A stretch of DNA of 61,629 nucleotides, filler included, from Choristocarpus tenellus KU-1152 (lineage: Eukaryota > Protista > Phaeophyceae), in the NCBI GenBank assembly GCA_964200185.2. It is 9 parts of 9 records of this genome, joined end to end, with 100 filler letters (N's around TTAATTAATTAA, not from the genome) between each part and the next. Parts side by side here need not be neighbours in the genome. Positions count along the whole stretch, not along the records: positions 34,056 to 39,124 come from CAXNAD020011981.1; positions 39,225 to 43,557 come from CAXNAD020015077.1; positions 43,658 to 46,542 come from CAXNAD020023929.1; positions 46,643 to 53,864 come from CAXNAD020006514.1; 5 more parts are not named here. The stretch is one strand, 5' to 3'. Shown piece by piece: positions 36,431 to 49,800 of the stretch. The position numbers and the translations under genes were made by a program. Position 1 is the stretch's first letter. Each line of letters starts with the position of its first letter. The notes below the pieces were generated by a model. It searched no databases and was not told the DNA's origin. It saw only the letters and a program-made list of their open reading frames with translations.

Positions 36431-39062
36431 GGAAATGCGGGGTCGGGAGACCAACCAATAGCAGCACTCTCCGGTCATGGAAGAAGTCGAAGACAGATAA
36501 AATCCTCCACCTATTCCACTCCGTGTTTGTCGACCAATACGGGCAGAACGAGGGAGAAGGAGACAGATACACTTGGAAGGACCTCGCCGCTTGGTTGTTG
36601 GTCGAGGATAAGAAGTTTGCCCCATTGGCAAGGGCACTGCGGGAGTTAATGTCGGGGGAGATACGCACATCTGCAACCGACATGCAGGTCAGGACCTTCC
36701 TTCAGTTCTTGAAGCAGGATCTTAGCACAGAACACACTCAACAGGTGTACAACTCAATCCTTGCGGGCATTGCTCCAGATTTTAAGGTGCTCGAGGACGG
36801 GGTGACGTCCAAGTACCAACCCAGTCTGTCCGACACGGCCAAGAGATACAATATCAAGATGGACACCCTCAGATCCTTGGCAGGGAAGCGCACGGAATTC
36901 ATCCACGATAGAGAGCGCTTTAGTGGTATGTTCGTACATCATATCGGAGAGCCATGTCCTACTCCCGGCGCAGAAGACGTACAGGTATCTGCACCACCCC
37001 CCACCAGGCAAGTAAGGGTGGCCACCCCAATGGGATTTTTCTTTTGAAAGCCAAGGCTCGAACCCAAACCCAGAAAGCCGGCAAACCCCGTAGAAGATAA
37101 ATTTCCCCCGAGGTCGATGGGGAATTTTTTTGTAAAGCTCAGGCTCGAGCCCAGAAATGCAGCAAACTACGTAAACACAATATCTTCCACCGGCCCAATT
37201 GGGATAAGGTTTTTTTAAGGCCAAGGTTCGAACACATAAATCCAGCAGCCGAGATAAAATCAATTCCTTCCACCAGGGTTCGAACACCTAACGTGTCTCC
37301 TTTACGTTCCAACACAATTGTCAACACATCCCCCCCCCAAAAAAACAAGCAACTTACACCGCTTCATCCTAAATTCACTCCTTCTTATCGGTTTTCATTG
37401 TTAGACTGAACAAGGACAGGGCAAGGATATTCGAAGCCACGAGAGACAGTTCCTCGCGACGATTCGATGTGTAGCACCCTGAAACACACGTCCTTGGCCT
37501 AACCGTCTGGGAGAGCAACAGCACGGCCCTGCCCCACGACCCAATTACTTGGCACGATCCCGCTGAGGGAATGCACTCCTTGGAGACCCTTACACCAATA
37601 AAAGGGTGTGCCACCCAGATGCACTGTGTCACCAACACGCCCAGAGGTACTGCAATTCCAACCTTGTAGGAAAGCAAAAGCGCTTATACACTTCCTGCCC
37701 GCAATTCTCCTCCTTCACCCCTACAAGTTGTGTACACTCTCTCCTCGAAAATACAATAACAAACATACACACGACAACATTGATATTTTATTTCCCCCAT
37801 CTGTGCACACGTTTAAAACAGGGTACAGATTGGAACCGACGACGATGTTTACGCAAACTTCAAAGAGAGGTTCGAGATGGAGGCAACAGATGGGCCGATA
37901 CCGTGCCTTTCCACGTTCGTTAAGTTGAAAGCCTTCTACATCACCAAGGCAACTAAAAAGTGCGTTGAGAGAAACACGACCGTTTGACACATTATTTGTT
38001 CGAGAACAGACGCGTACAACAGAACTAACGCTCAACACTTCCTATGTACTACCAACAACTCACGTGCGACACACAAATCGATATCCTAACCCCTTGCGCA
38101 GTCTACAACAATGTATCGACAACCTGCCTAACCCTTATATTTCTCCTTGCGTGTAATACAGGATATGCGTTTGCGTTCACCATATGACCAGCGACCTATT
38201 GGTCCAGTGCCTGAGGGAAAACTGGAACAAAGTACACTCTCGGACTGTGGTTGGTGACGATGTTCAACGCACTTGCGCCTGTACCTGCGAGTTCTGTCAC
38301 AAAGTCAAGGGGTGCGGCTCTCAAGATGTGAAGGCTGCACTGGAGAGCGCTATGAATATGGTGGGCTTCCTCTTGTAAGTAGTAATCTTATCCTGGTCCG
38401 AAGCTTCAACAACAACACGTCCAACCAATGCTAAAACCTTCCACAATATCAATACCATATGCAGATACCATCCTCCCACACACACACCAACCCACAAACG
38501 AAATGACTTCTCTCATTCATACTAGTTGTTGTCCACGCCCAACGCTGGCCAACTTGCCCGTATACGTCCTTTAAACACACACAGTACCATTTCATGTATC
38601 CAACTCGGGACATTGCCGAATCCCCCCACAATGATCCCAATACGACTGCCAAGGTGTGAGAGGACCACCCTCCAGCCCCTTGGGGAGCAGTCCACGGGTG
38701 GTTTGGAAGGTGGTTATGAAACATCTTGTATGGATGGAACATGGAACACTTGCAACTGGACTGAACACCCCATGTGGAAGTGCCCTTGTATGATCAACGC
38801 CCACAGTACCACGGCAACATGGAACGATTTTGTCCACGCATAAACCCCGATTGTGGAGGGGGACCTACCAGGAAAGACAACGAAGGAGATCAAGGTGGGT
38901 CTGTGACATGTGCCTATGCAAGGGAAACTCTACAACACCATGCATGTGAATTATTACAGTTGTTAAGCTCTCTATTGTTGTGTGATCGGAGAGGTACTCT
39001 CATACCACACATTCTTTTTCGGAAAAAAACGGCATCAACATGCCAGTCTTTTGTCTATCAGT
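36431..39062 (+). pseudogene. Intron-containing Sola2-type transposase, N-terminal half (decayed)
   Basis: Exon-like blocks: TVWESNSTALP; DVYANFKERF..CLSTFVKLKAFYITK spliced in phase (gtgcgt..tacag) to ICVCVHH; CMDGTWNTCNW..WKCP..W; these match the order of Sola2 N-terminal motifs; ends at a MITE TIR. Confidence 0.65.
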
Positions 39063-39124
39063 GACTCAAAGTATCTGGGAGGGGGTGGCGGCTGTCCATT
39101 TGGGGTCAATTTTTTCATGTCGCA
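39063..39124. mobile_element. MITE family B left end, cut by gap
   Basis: GACTCAAAGTATCTGGGAGGGGGTGGCGGCTGTCCATTTGGGG, similar to 41118 and to the reverse complement of 54156 and 46691. Confidence 0.8.
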
Positions 39125-39252
39125 NNNNNNNNNNNNNNNNNNNNNNNNNNNNNNNNNNNNNNNNNNNNTTAATTAATTAANNNNNNNNNNNNNNNNNNNN
39201 NNNNNNNNNNNNNNNNNNNNNNNNCAACACCCCCCCCCAGATACTTTGACCC

Positions 39253-40130
39253 ACCAACACAGCCCCTGCAATGAACATGTCTGTGGTGATGCAGAACATA
39301 CAGACGAGTCCCCACGTCGTGCCCCTTCAGGCTATCATCATCCCAGACTTCACAGACATTAGCCTCAACCACCTGGACAACACATTCACGATCCTGCCTG
39401 GTCAATACCAGAGGTTCACCTCGGAATCCAACCGGCAATCCCTCGGTGGGATACCTGCTCGCTTCTCTAGGCAACTCAGACTTAGGGACACATCCGGTGC
39501 CAGGTTCGGTCGAGGAACCAGCTTCATCCTACGCGCGAGTGGGGGGGCAATCGTACAGGGGAAGGTCAGCGATTGTTCACATGGATGGTTCAGGGGCGTA
39601 CATTTACTCAGTGTCCTACCTTCCAGACGATGGTGAAAAACTTTGCCCCCTCAACTACGGTCGTACATGACAAAGGACGAGATCGAGGAGGGTGTCAACC
39701 AACTTCGAGAGAAGAACAAGAGGGACAGTGACGAGGCTGCAGCCCTGTGTGTCAGACAACGCAGTCGGTCCATTGTTGACCGCCAGCAGAATTGTAGGGG
39801 CATGGAGAAGGATACAGAAAAATTATACTCCTTGAACCGACACTGAGGGCTGTACCAGATTTAGATGAAGGAGAAACACTCAATGCCAGTGCCAAGGGCA
39901 GGGGACTATACTTCAGATGGGGCGATCAGTGGATGCGGGGGACCGTGACTAAGTACCAACCCCACTACACGGTGAAAGTTGGAGAGGAGCGAGTCAGCTA
40001 CCCCTACGAGATTAAATGGGAGAATGGCGACTTGCGAAATACCCAGCTTCTTGTCCAACACTACAGTATTGACCAAGACGCTCCTACATGGGCCTGGTTC
40101 TGGACAAGTCCTACACTGCCACCATACTGA
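39253..40130 (+). pseudogene. Decayed TE-associated ORF with Tudor/SH3-like barrel motifs
   Basis: WGDQWMRGTVTKY...YPYEIKWENGD and VQGKVSD...YSVSYLPDDGE; frameshifted. Confidence 0.4.
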
Positions 40131-40722
40131 CGATAGACATACCTTTGAGGAGCAACCTAGGCCAATTCCTGTTCATGAGTCACCCTCTACTTCGCCAATC
40201 GGACACATGCCTCGACAGACATGTTATGATGGAGAGATCAGACGTTCTCTAAATCAACGGACTTATACATTTGGTACATTGATTCTATTATCTTTCTGAA
40301 GAGTTTGTGTCTATGTATCCTCATACGCATGATTTTATTGGCCCGGTGGCAACCTAGATTTCATCTTGATTAGTACGTTCTGCTACTATCCTCTAATAAC
40401 TTTACAGACATGGCCCAATCCTTTTCCCTCCCCTCTTTGGGTTGATCGGACCACGGAGCAATTGACAGAAACCTTACTAATACTTCGTTGACGCACAAGC
40501 ACCTCGTACTCCATACCACCAACTTCAGCACAAGTCAAGATTTCTATAACAGATGACCTCTCTTCCACACCCAAACCAAGCGGCGGCAACCACCTCGGCT
40601 CCAACCTTGAACCCAACGGCAACTTCCCTGAGCCATAATATCATAGTCTACACCCACTCAAGCGCCAGGCGTAGGTCCTAATGCCATTTTATCCCGAACT
40701 ACATCATAAAAGGACGGCAACT

Positions 40723-40862
40723 GGGTCAAAGTATCTTGGGGGGTAGTGGTTTGCTAGGAGGCGTCCGTTTCGGTCCGGACGAATTGCTCAAGAACCATGG
40801 TAATTGCTGTCTTCAGTCATGAACGCTCACAAACCACCATCCTCCCCCAGATACTTTGACCC
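40723..40862. mobile_element. 140-bp MITE (family B variant)
   Basis: ~31-bp imperfect TIR GGGTCAAAGTATCT..GTGGTTTG / CAAACCAC..AGATACTTTGACCC; flanks ACT/TCT. Confidence 0.88.
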
Positions 40863-41117
40863 TCTACACAATAATCATTACAAAAATCCACTACAACACA
40901 CTCTACGTCAATATAGACAGAACCCTGCAAACAGATGTCCCGCAATCATCAGTTTGTTTTGGGGTTCAACTTTTGAACTAGAGAGTTCAGTCTCCATCGC
41001 GATGAAATACCACAACAGGTTAATGAGCTTTATTCCACACCGCCGCCACCAAGAAGAAGTCCAAGGTGAAATGAACATGCGCGCCTTGTATACAAGCCCA
41101 AACCAATTGAGTACACT

Positions 41118-41264
41118 GGCTCAAAGTACCTGGGGGGTTGGCGGCTGTACATTTGGGGCCCATTTTTCCATGTCGCGATTTCTGGGTAATTTGGTTGCAT
41201 GCAACGGATGGATAATGTAAGGGCACATTTTCTGGTCAGGGCCGGAATGGAAACCTTGGTGTAG

Positions 41265-41299
<35 letters not shown>

Positions 41300-41425
41300 A
41301 CCCCCCCCCCCCCCCCCCCACCACNNNNNNNNNNGGGGAAAGAGAAAGGGACAGTTTTGGGGGGGGGGGGGGGGGGGAACCCCTGGGTGGCCCCCCCCCC
41401 CCCCCCCCCCCAGATACTTTGAGCA
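41118..41425. mobile_element. MITE family B with long poly-C/poly-G tracts
   Basis: GGCTCAAAGTACCT...AGATACTTTGAGCA; TSD ACT/ACT. Confidence 0.85.
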
Positions 41426-42197
41426 ACTCACCACCAGCAACCCTAGTGCAGTATTCACCTTCTTTTTCTATCATCCATACAAGCAGCCTTCCAAGGTAAG
41501 TATGCACTGTAAGGGGGCGCAAGTCGTTGAGTTTGACCACTTCTCATCTGAACTCTTCACCCTCGAGTTCCACATCTCTATAAATCACCTAACGCTTTTC
41601 ACTATGTGTTTTATGCCTTTCTACACCCGTCCTCTATTCTTTTAAGGTGTGGGGAGCTGGCACCTCCCTCAGAACTGACGGGAATGGAAACCTCCATTAT
41701 TGCCCCAAACCCTGACTTTAATCTGTTCCAAGTTTGGGTCTCATCCATAACATGGGGATAGACACAAAAATAAAATATGTGTTGTGTTTCTCCTTTGTTG
41801 GATATGTTGTGCCAATAGGAAATATAACTATTCTATGGGACCATTGCGTACATGTACACGAATACACAGCATATAGATACATGGATACAGGAATATACAT
41901 GGATACAGGAATATACGGATACATAGATACGTAGCCACATAATACATAGGTACGTAGATAACATAGACAAAATAGATATACATAGATATACAAACGTGCA
42001 CACCAACATTAATGCACACATTATACAACAAATGCGTAAATGATGTCTATTGTCATGGGACTCATATCCTAGGAAAAAAATGTTATCATCGTTGCCATTT
42101 CATTCTTTTGATAGCAGCGATTTTATATGATCTTTGTAAAATGGCTATAACAATATCGATATACATGTGTATCATTCAACATAAAATGAGTACCTGT

Positions 42198-42403
42198 GGG
42201 ATGAACAAATAGATGTATTTTCCTCTTTCCCTTCCTCCCACTGCAGTTGAGAGTAGGGTCGTAGATGACCTCACTCAAAGGGATGAACAAATAGATGTAT
42301 TTTCCTCTTTCCCTTCCTCCCACTGCAGTTGAGAGTAGGGTCGTAGATGACCTCACTCAAAGGGATGAACAAATAGATATATTTTCCTCTTTCCCTTCCT
42401 TCC
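42198..42403. repeat. 82-bp tandem repeat x2.5
   Basis: GGGATGAACAAATAGATGTATTTTCC... at 42198, 42280, 42362. Confidence 0.92.
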
Positions 42404-43189
42404 CAAACATAACAACTCCAAAGTCCCTAACCATGCACCATTTTAAACGTGTCAGTTCTTTCCGTCAATCAACATTGTGTAACACACGGGGGGCCCTCTT
42501 GACAGCCTCCCCGAATACAGGAGCATTTTGTAAACATCAGATCCTACGCAACACATACCTTTAAGTGATGATCTTGTCCTCGTTACTACGTGCAACTCCA
42601 TAAAGAACACTCGCAAAAAAATATGTGCCATCTCCATGTTTCTACAAAATAATCGTTTCAGTCCAGGGTGTGGTGGTGGGCAATGCTACGATGGATGTAC
42701 TAGGTAATAATCCGACGGTACCAAACGTAAACGCCCAATACAAGCAGATCACCTCTATGTGATGAAATCCCTAATGAACTGTTTTCTCTTCTCCAGAACA
42801 AAAAATCGATGTATCATCCGAGGTACGACGAAATAAGTCAGGTGTATATTCATATACAATACCACCCTACAATGCAATGTATATTTTTCTTGTATGTCCT
42901 AATATATGCCGTTCCCGAATTCTATTCTTTGTGATCAACCGCAAACATCGTGCACAATATTGACATACACACATTATCTCCTCTTCCCTAAATCTTTTGG
43001 TATATCTTATCCAATCCTTTGTTCCATACTCTGTTTAGAATGCCAAATTGCTGAAAGAGAAAGGCATTTTCGAATATCGAAATTTTCATTGAAGTGCGCA
43101 CGTGGGAAGACTCGGCAGAGATAGTGTTTGCGGGGGGAACATCTTGGGTAAATATTGCAGGGGGAACGTTGGTATGGTCGGCAATGATT

Positions 43190-43440
43190 GACTCAAAGCA
43201 TTTAAGAGGGTAGGGCCACAACCATTCGGGATCACAAATCCGATGTTGAAATCTTGATGCATTTTGCCAAATAATGTTAGTTGGCAAGTGTCAATATCCT
43301 TGCTCCGGACACCCCTTTCATGGTTGTATATATTATAGGTAACAGTGTTCACACAGAAAAACCGAAAAAGGGCATAAAAAAACCGTGGGAAGTCAAGCCC
43401 CAAACGGGCAAACAGGGAAAAGCTCCTACCCTCTAAAATA
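43190..43440 (-). mobile_element. MITE family A, diverged copy 4
   Basis: GACTCAAAGCATTTAAGAGGGTAG...CTACCCTCTAAAATA with homologous interior. Confidence 0.75.
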
Positions 43441-46400
43441 AAATGTGTCTCGCTAGTTGGTGGTGGTGTGGGATATGCAATGGTAGAAGGGATGGCGAGG
43501 ATGGTGAGTTGGTGATAGTAAGGACAGGTGACTCTGGATCCAAAGTATCTGGGGGGGNNNNNNNNNNNNNNNNNNNNNNNNNNNNNNNNNNNNNNNNNNN
43601 NTTAATTAATTAANNNNNNNNNNNNNNNNNNNNNNNNNNNNNNNNNNNNNNNNNNNNTTTCGGTACTTTTTTAAGACCGTTTTCGCAGAACAACCATCCT
43701 CATAGTCCTGCTCCATCCTCAATTTTGAGAATCCCCTGTTATACACACACACATTTTGTGTATCATTTGTCCAAATCCTTTTGAGTCATGATCGAAATTC
43801 CATATAACCAGTTCGGCAATTATTTGTAAAGATATATTTGAATGGATGAATGTTTTTCACATTTATGACAACTGTTAAGTTTTTAGGGCTATTCTGACAT
43901 GTGAATATTTTTTTGTTGATTTTTCTCTCACACATCTACAAAATGTCAGAGAGCATAATAATAATAAATATTATTATGTAAGGTAGTTGTAAAACTAATT
44001 CAACTATGTCTGCAAGATTTATGTATATAGAGTGTAACGATCATGTCTTAGCAATTCACCGATTGTGTAGTTCAAACTACAAGAAGAGTCAAAATCGAGG
44101 TGCACCTTGCGCTTTAAGCTGGAGACACTGGGCCGATTGGCAAGGTGGGCCTTGACCAACTTGTGGGATTCTTCCCTTTCTTGTTCCTAGACCACCTTTA
44201 TAGTTCCAGTCTAGCAAGCAGATTCTTCAGCGATGTATGTACAATCATCCTAGTATGTTTATTTTCAGATGTTGCGCAACGTATGTTTTCGTACAGTGCG
44301 AGAAATGTGGTTGTCCTGCTTTATAATAGACCATGAAGTATTGTTCGTGTAGGGGAAGGTTCTTTGAAGTGAACTATCTTGTTGCATTATTTGTCGTTGC
44401 TTGTTGTACCCCACATGAGCAAAATAAAGTATCCTTTACTACCAGACAGGCAGTTAATCGAGACCCCCAAAAAATAATAACGTATATTTTTCGTCGATCC
44501 GCTTTGACCTGGAGATCTTTAAGAGGTCGCTGCCCATAGTCGCCTAACTTCGGGCATGGCAACGGCCAAATGGACGGCGGTTTTCTCAGGGCTTACACCT
44601 GACCAAGTAACTTTGACGAGGCAGGCCAGTTCAGTAAGACTGTACTTCAACAGGGTAGCTCCAGAGCTGTAGGGATATTTCTCATATTGTTAGGGCTGGA
44701 CCGTGAGTCAAATTGATGAGAATTTGTCTATACATACATGATAGGGGCAGAGTCTTCAAATGCTTCAACAGGGCCAGGTCATGGTATGACTTAGGCAATA
44801 TATATATATTTATATATATATATTGAGAGGACTGAACCAGGCCTCAGTTTAAGCCAAGCTGGTTCTCAGTTTAGTCGAATCAGGGGTGGATTGCATGTGA
44901 AATGTGAATTTATCTGATAATTCCAAACTACAACACACTTGCAACAGCTCTGTTATAACATAAAAAAAACAATTTCAAACAAAATATGAAAAACCTCGAT
45001 TACAATGACAGTAGGAGGAAACAGCACTGGTAACTATTTACCGATGGTGTCCATCCAAGGTATGAAATATTTTTAACGCAGTTGGTCCTGATAAAAGGGG
45101 ATTAGCATGGGGTTGAACAGGACAAGAATGGACCGACTGGGGCGGGGAGGGAAGTGTGCAATTTACCTTGGGGGGTAATGCTATATTTATCAGTAGTGAA
45201 GACAAGAAGGTGTGAAGCCTCACATGATCCCCTTTGCTGAACGTGATTACATGGTTGAAAATAGAAGAGTGACCTTTGTGGGGTGTCTTCTCATTGCTTG
45301 TTTATTATTATGTGTGGTTCCTAGATAAGTCAACGATTATGTCAATGTAGTTGAATGCAAAATAAATACCAATACAATCCCATACATAATCCGGATGTAC
45401 TATCTCAATAGTTACATCACATGGACTCAATTCAACACAATTATCTCATATACACAAAATAAGGTACACCTCACTATTGTCCTATTTTGCACAGGAAGGT
45501 CAGCCTGGAAGACTATCTCTTAACAGGGCCGGGATACGGCCTTCAGAAATGTTACGGAGCTGGGCCAGCCCACTTAACTCCCTGTTCAGGTTTATGCCCT
45601 CATTTTTAAGGGGTCAATGCAGTCGCACTTCTACAAAGATCATAAAAACCCCGTAAGCGGCACCCTAGCCCCTCCCCCCAAAAGGGTTCCTTGCGCAACT
45701 TAGAAAGCTCTGCCCTGCTTCACAACAAATACAATACGAGGGAGAACAAGGTGTATTCAGCATAAGTGATAGAGTGAGAACATACTCATATTACTGTCAT
45801 TGATCAAGATCTCGTACAGTCATGCCGTCTTGTCAGCCCCTCACATGCAACATTTTAGCGATTGGTTGAAATTGGGGACTCTTCCCGAAGTAAGCAGCAA
45901 CATCATGAAAGATAACTACTATGTGAATATACTCCCCATACACTCGCTAACTCTAAGAGAAACACAAAACCCTACTTTCTCCAGCTTCTCATTTCTAAAT
46001 TTGCTTGTTCTTGTTAAAGCAACAACACCAGACCATTGCATTATATGGGGAGGAACTGTGATACTACCCGGTGGTTCCACAGTGGTAACCGAAAATCTCT
46101 TGTGTTGGGAAGTAAAAGTCGGGACTGCTAATGAATTGCTCTGTGTGTAGGAGGTCCCGTTTTTTCTGAGGGGCATGCTCTCTTGGGATGGAACCTATTG
46201 TGGTCTATGGGGCACTCTCTAAGATGCAATGCATTTTAAAGAACTTTGCAGATGTGGGATGTCTTAATGGATTGTGGGCATAGGTTTCTGGGTCTTGCAC
46301 ATCGCACACATTTCCACTAAACGCACATTAAGATATCGGATTACATACTGTAACGCCTCCTATCACATCAATGATGACTTCAGAAAACGATAAAGCAAAG

Positions 46401-46642
46401 CTGAATCATTGCAACCTCATGGTCTTGAGCGTTGCAAGTGGAGAGTTTACAGTTGGTTCATCACTTTGGTGTCTGCTGGAAACAGGGATTTCTCAAAATT
46501 GAGGATGGTGCAGGACTATGAGGATGGTTGTTTTGCGAAAACNNNNNNNNNNNNNNNNNNNNNNNNNNNNNNNNNNNNNNNNNNNNTTAATTAATTAANN
46601 NNNNNNNNNNNNNNNNNNNNNNNNNNNNNNNNNNNNNNNNNN

Positions 46643-46691
46643 CTCCAAATGGACAGCCGCCACCCCCCCACCCCCCTAGATACTTTGAGCC
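46643..46691. mobile_element. MITE family B right end at contig start
   Basis: CCAAATGGACAGCCGCC..AGATACTTTGAGCC. Confidence 0.75.
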
Positions 46692-46820
46692 ACTAAATGA
46701 ACTCATTTCCACCCCCACTACTATGCCACCCTTTCTCCTACACGTGGACTTTTGCGCAACTCTCTAATATGTAATCCTGCCTATTTATGGAAAAATAAAA
46801 ATAAAATGCCTAACTCACAG

Positions 46821-49800
46821 AACGCGTTTGAGACTGGTGTGGAACTGTGCGCTATGGCGCTGGGGCATGCTGCATGGCTTAAGGGATTGGTAGACAGAGG
46901 TGAAATGCTTCCTCGGTCTGATAGATTGAGCTCTGCATGCAAGGTGGGTTAAGGGTGGGCATAGTGGAAGGTGAAGTATATTTGATTCCTCAGAAATCTC
47001 ATAGATCATGGAGAAATCTTAGGACCAAGAAATTGATGAGGGATTTCAGGTGCAGCACTAAGGCATGCAAGAGATGACACTTTCTGTATTTGGAATATTT
47101 ACTCTGGAAGTACCACTGTATAAATAGGATTACCCGATTTTGCTGGAGATATTGTTCTGAATTTTGAAGGAAATATTCTACGAAAAATTACCAAAGTATG
47201 AAGTCGTTTTGACATTGTCAAGTGTTATTGTGTACATCTGGTAGATGGAGGGTTGCAGAAATACACCCAATCAACCTGACATCTTCATGCAGGAATGAAT
47301 ATTCTCGTGGACAGTTGATCAATTTTTTCCCAACGACCTATCTCTTTTTCATATTTTTTAGTACTGTCTCCTCTTTCCCTTTTACAACAGCCGCATGATG
47401 ATGGAGGGCTTGAATATACTGTGGCCACAGAACTTCGAAAGCTGGTTGGAATTGCAGGGGCAAGGGCTCAGGGACGTTTCCTACATGCCTTATCCACAGT
47501 GGCTTATTCCTTTCCCAGAATACTCTCCAGGGAGTTCCTCCTTAGGTGAGTGACTAACTGAAGTAAAGTGGAGGTGGGGAGTGTGTGTTTAGGGGGGAAT
47601 GGGTAGGAATTGACTGGTGTAAGCCATATCCCTGGGATATGAAAAAATTAGTTGTGGGTCATGCACAACAAAGCTATAGGTGTGCTGGTGATCTTCCCCA
47701 TGAATCCCGTCTTTAGAAGACTGCGTTTAGGAGTACAGCTATACACTTAGCCCTGCTCCAGGTCGGTTAATGTTATGAACACTGTAATGTATTATGTGCT
47801 TTTTAGCTCTATCTTCATGAGGTACTCAACAAAGTACAAGCGCTATTTTGATTCCAGTTTGACAGAATGTACTGGGCTGGACACCTGTAGTGAATGGATA
47901 ACACAAACCTTCCATCTAATTTCTGACCAAAGACTTGACCCCTATATCCAACACATTATGGACCCACGCCTCCCTCCTCCTTTTGTCTCCAATAACCCAA
48001 CCTTAAGGGCCCTGGAGGCCTTGCCTCGTGCAGAACCTGTATTTCGTGGGCAGCTTCTTAGCATGTTGGCAGATGCCATTCCATTGGATAATGTACCCTT
48101 TCTAGAGGATCCCAGCTTATTTGACCGCCTCCAACCTTACCTGCCCTCACTTTTATTGGAGACAGAGGAAGAGTACTTCCGTGGCAGTGACAACAATGTG
48201 AGCAAAAAATCAGAGCACCTTTGAGTTCGAATTTGGAAATTCCTAATTGTTATGAAAACATAGGCGACAAAGGTAGACTTCTTCTGACTGGGATATTAGA
48301 GGTGCTATTAAAGGTTATTCACTGTCACACTTTCAGGACCTGTGGCTTAGGCCCATCTTGGACTTTTTTTTCCAGGCGTAGTGTAATACAATTTAGTATG
48401 AAAACGGAAGAGTTTGTGTTGTATAGCATGTTTGGATGGGTAATTGTCATTTGGAAGGCAAGCCAGTGACTTTCCTAACGTCAGAACAGCTCTGTTTGAG
48501 GAGCAAGGAGACTTGCGACTTTGGTACTCTACATTTCTGCCAAGTTCTACACTCTATTTCAGCCTTGATGTTCCCACCTGAAGATGTTTTATACCCTTGT
48601 GGATTCATAATGATGTACTTTGGTACATCACTGTTTATTGGTAGAGTGAGTAGAGAGTGATTGTTAAGTTACCACATATGCACGCTAAGAAATTGCATCC
48701 TAGCAAGGGCGCAGTTATTGTGAATCTTGTTTCTGATAAGATATCTATGTAGATGGGGGCGCGCGGATTGCCATCCGTGTCTAATTGTCACCCTGGCCTA
48801 AACTCCAAGGTTTGTACTGAGTATATTGTACTGGGTACTGATCCAGTACTACATTAAACTCTTCCTGAAGCCCTAGGCTTCTTAACAAACCCGAGCCGCC
48901 AATTTTCTGAGACCATGCTATTTGACCATTACCTGCTAAGCCTCACTACCTTTCGTCACATTAGATATGCAACACTTTAATATGCCTTACCTGATTACTC
49001 ATTACCTCACACCCCACAACTTGAACCATATCCAAACAAAATAGATTTCCAGCAGTGGGAGCAGTGGAGGTCGATGGGTACCTTTTGCACAGCTTTCAGC
49101 CCTTCGCGTGGTGCGATCACTGTGTCCATACCTGACACCTCGTCAGCTTGATCGAATTCTGGGAGAAGGTGATCCACACTCTTTGGTCAGTCTGGCCTCA
49201 CCGTCAACACATCGTGACTGCAGGGAGGTGGTGTATGCAACCCTTCTAGACCTGCACCTTGCCCCTTCCACAGGTAGGATGAGTGGAGGTATGTGTGTGA
49301 GTGCGGTTCTTTTTTTTCAGGATGTTTTGATAAACATTGAACGTAAGAAGATGTCTCACTAGAATATTTTACGGAATTTTCTGGAGTACAACTTAAGTCA
49401 TCTTGGGAACACAGTGCTGTGGACGGTCATATAATAACACGTGTTCCTGGCAAAGTAATCCTCTTTATTTGATATTTCTGATATTTCCGAACTTCAGAAC
49501 ATTATCTTGAGGCAATAGACCCCACCACTCATTGGTTGTAAGTTGCCCATACAACACACTGTTGCAAATACACGTCAGCATGGTTATGTATGGAATAGGT
49601 ATTTGAGTTGTCCACGGAATGTCAAGGCTTTATCATATTTGTATTTTCATGGGCACAACTCTTCTAGTATGTCGTAAGGCTAATTATGCTTCTACAGTAT
49701 CCACATCTACGATGCAAAATAGGTCATTGACCCTGCCCTAATCCAGTCCTAGGTCAAAATCCTTGAACCTGGACTTGCTGCCCCTTTATACCTTTCCTAT

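Noticed and set aside
37270-37290. tRNA gene
   Set aside because: Only a T-loop-like motif; no acceptor, D or anticodon stems
13000-40300. Fanzor/TnpB cargo in Sola2 or mariner elements
   Set aside because: No RuvC DPG, E..TS..CxxC or RDxNA motifs found in the frames inspected
44556-45590. Gene start MATAKWTAV.. spliced to 45494
   Set aside because: No recognisable homology; the second block has AACAGGG..CCCTGTT ends resembling a small repeat also seen near 55300-55370
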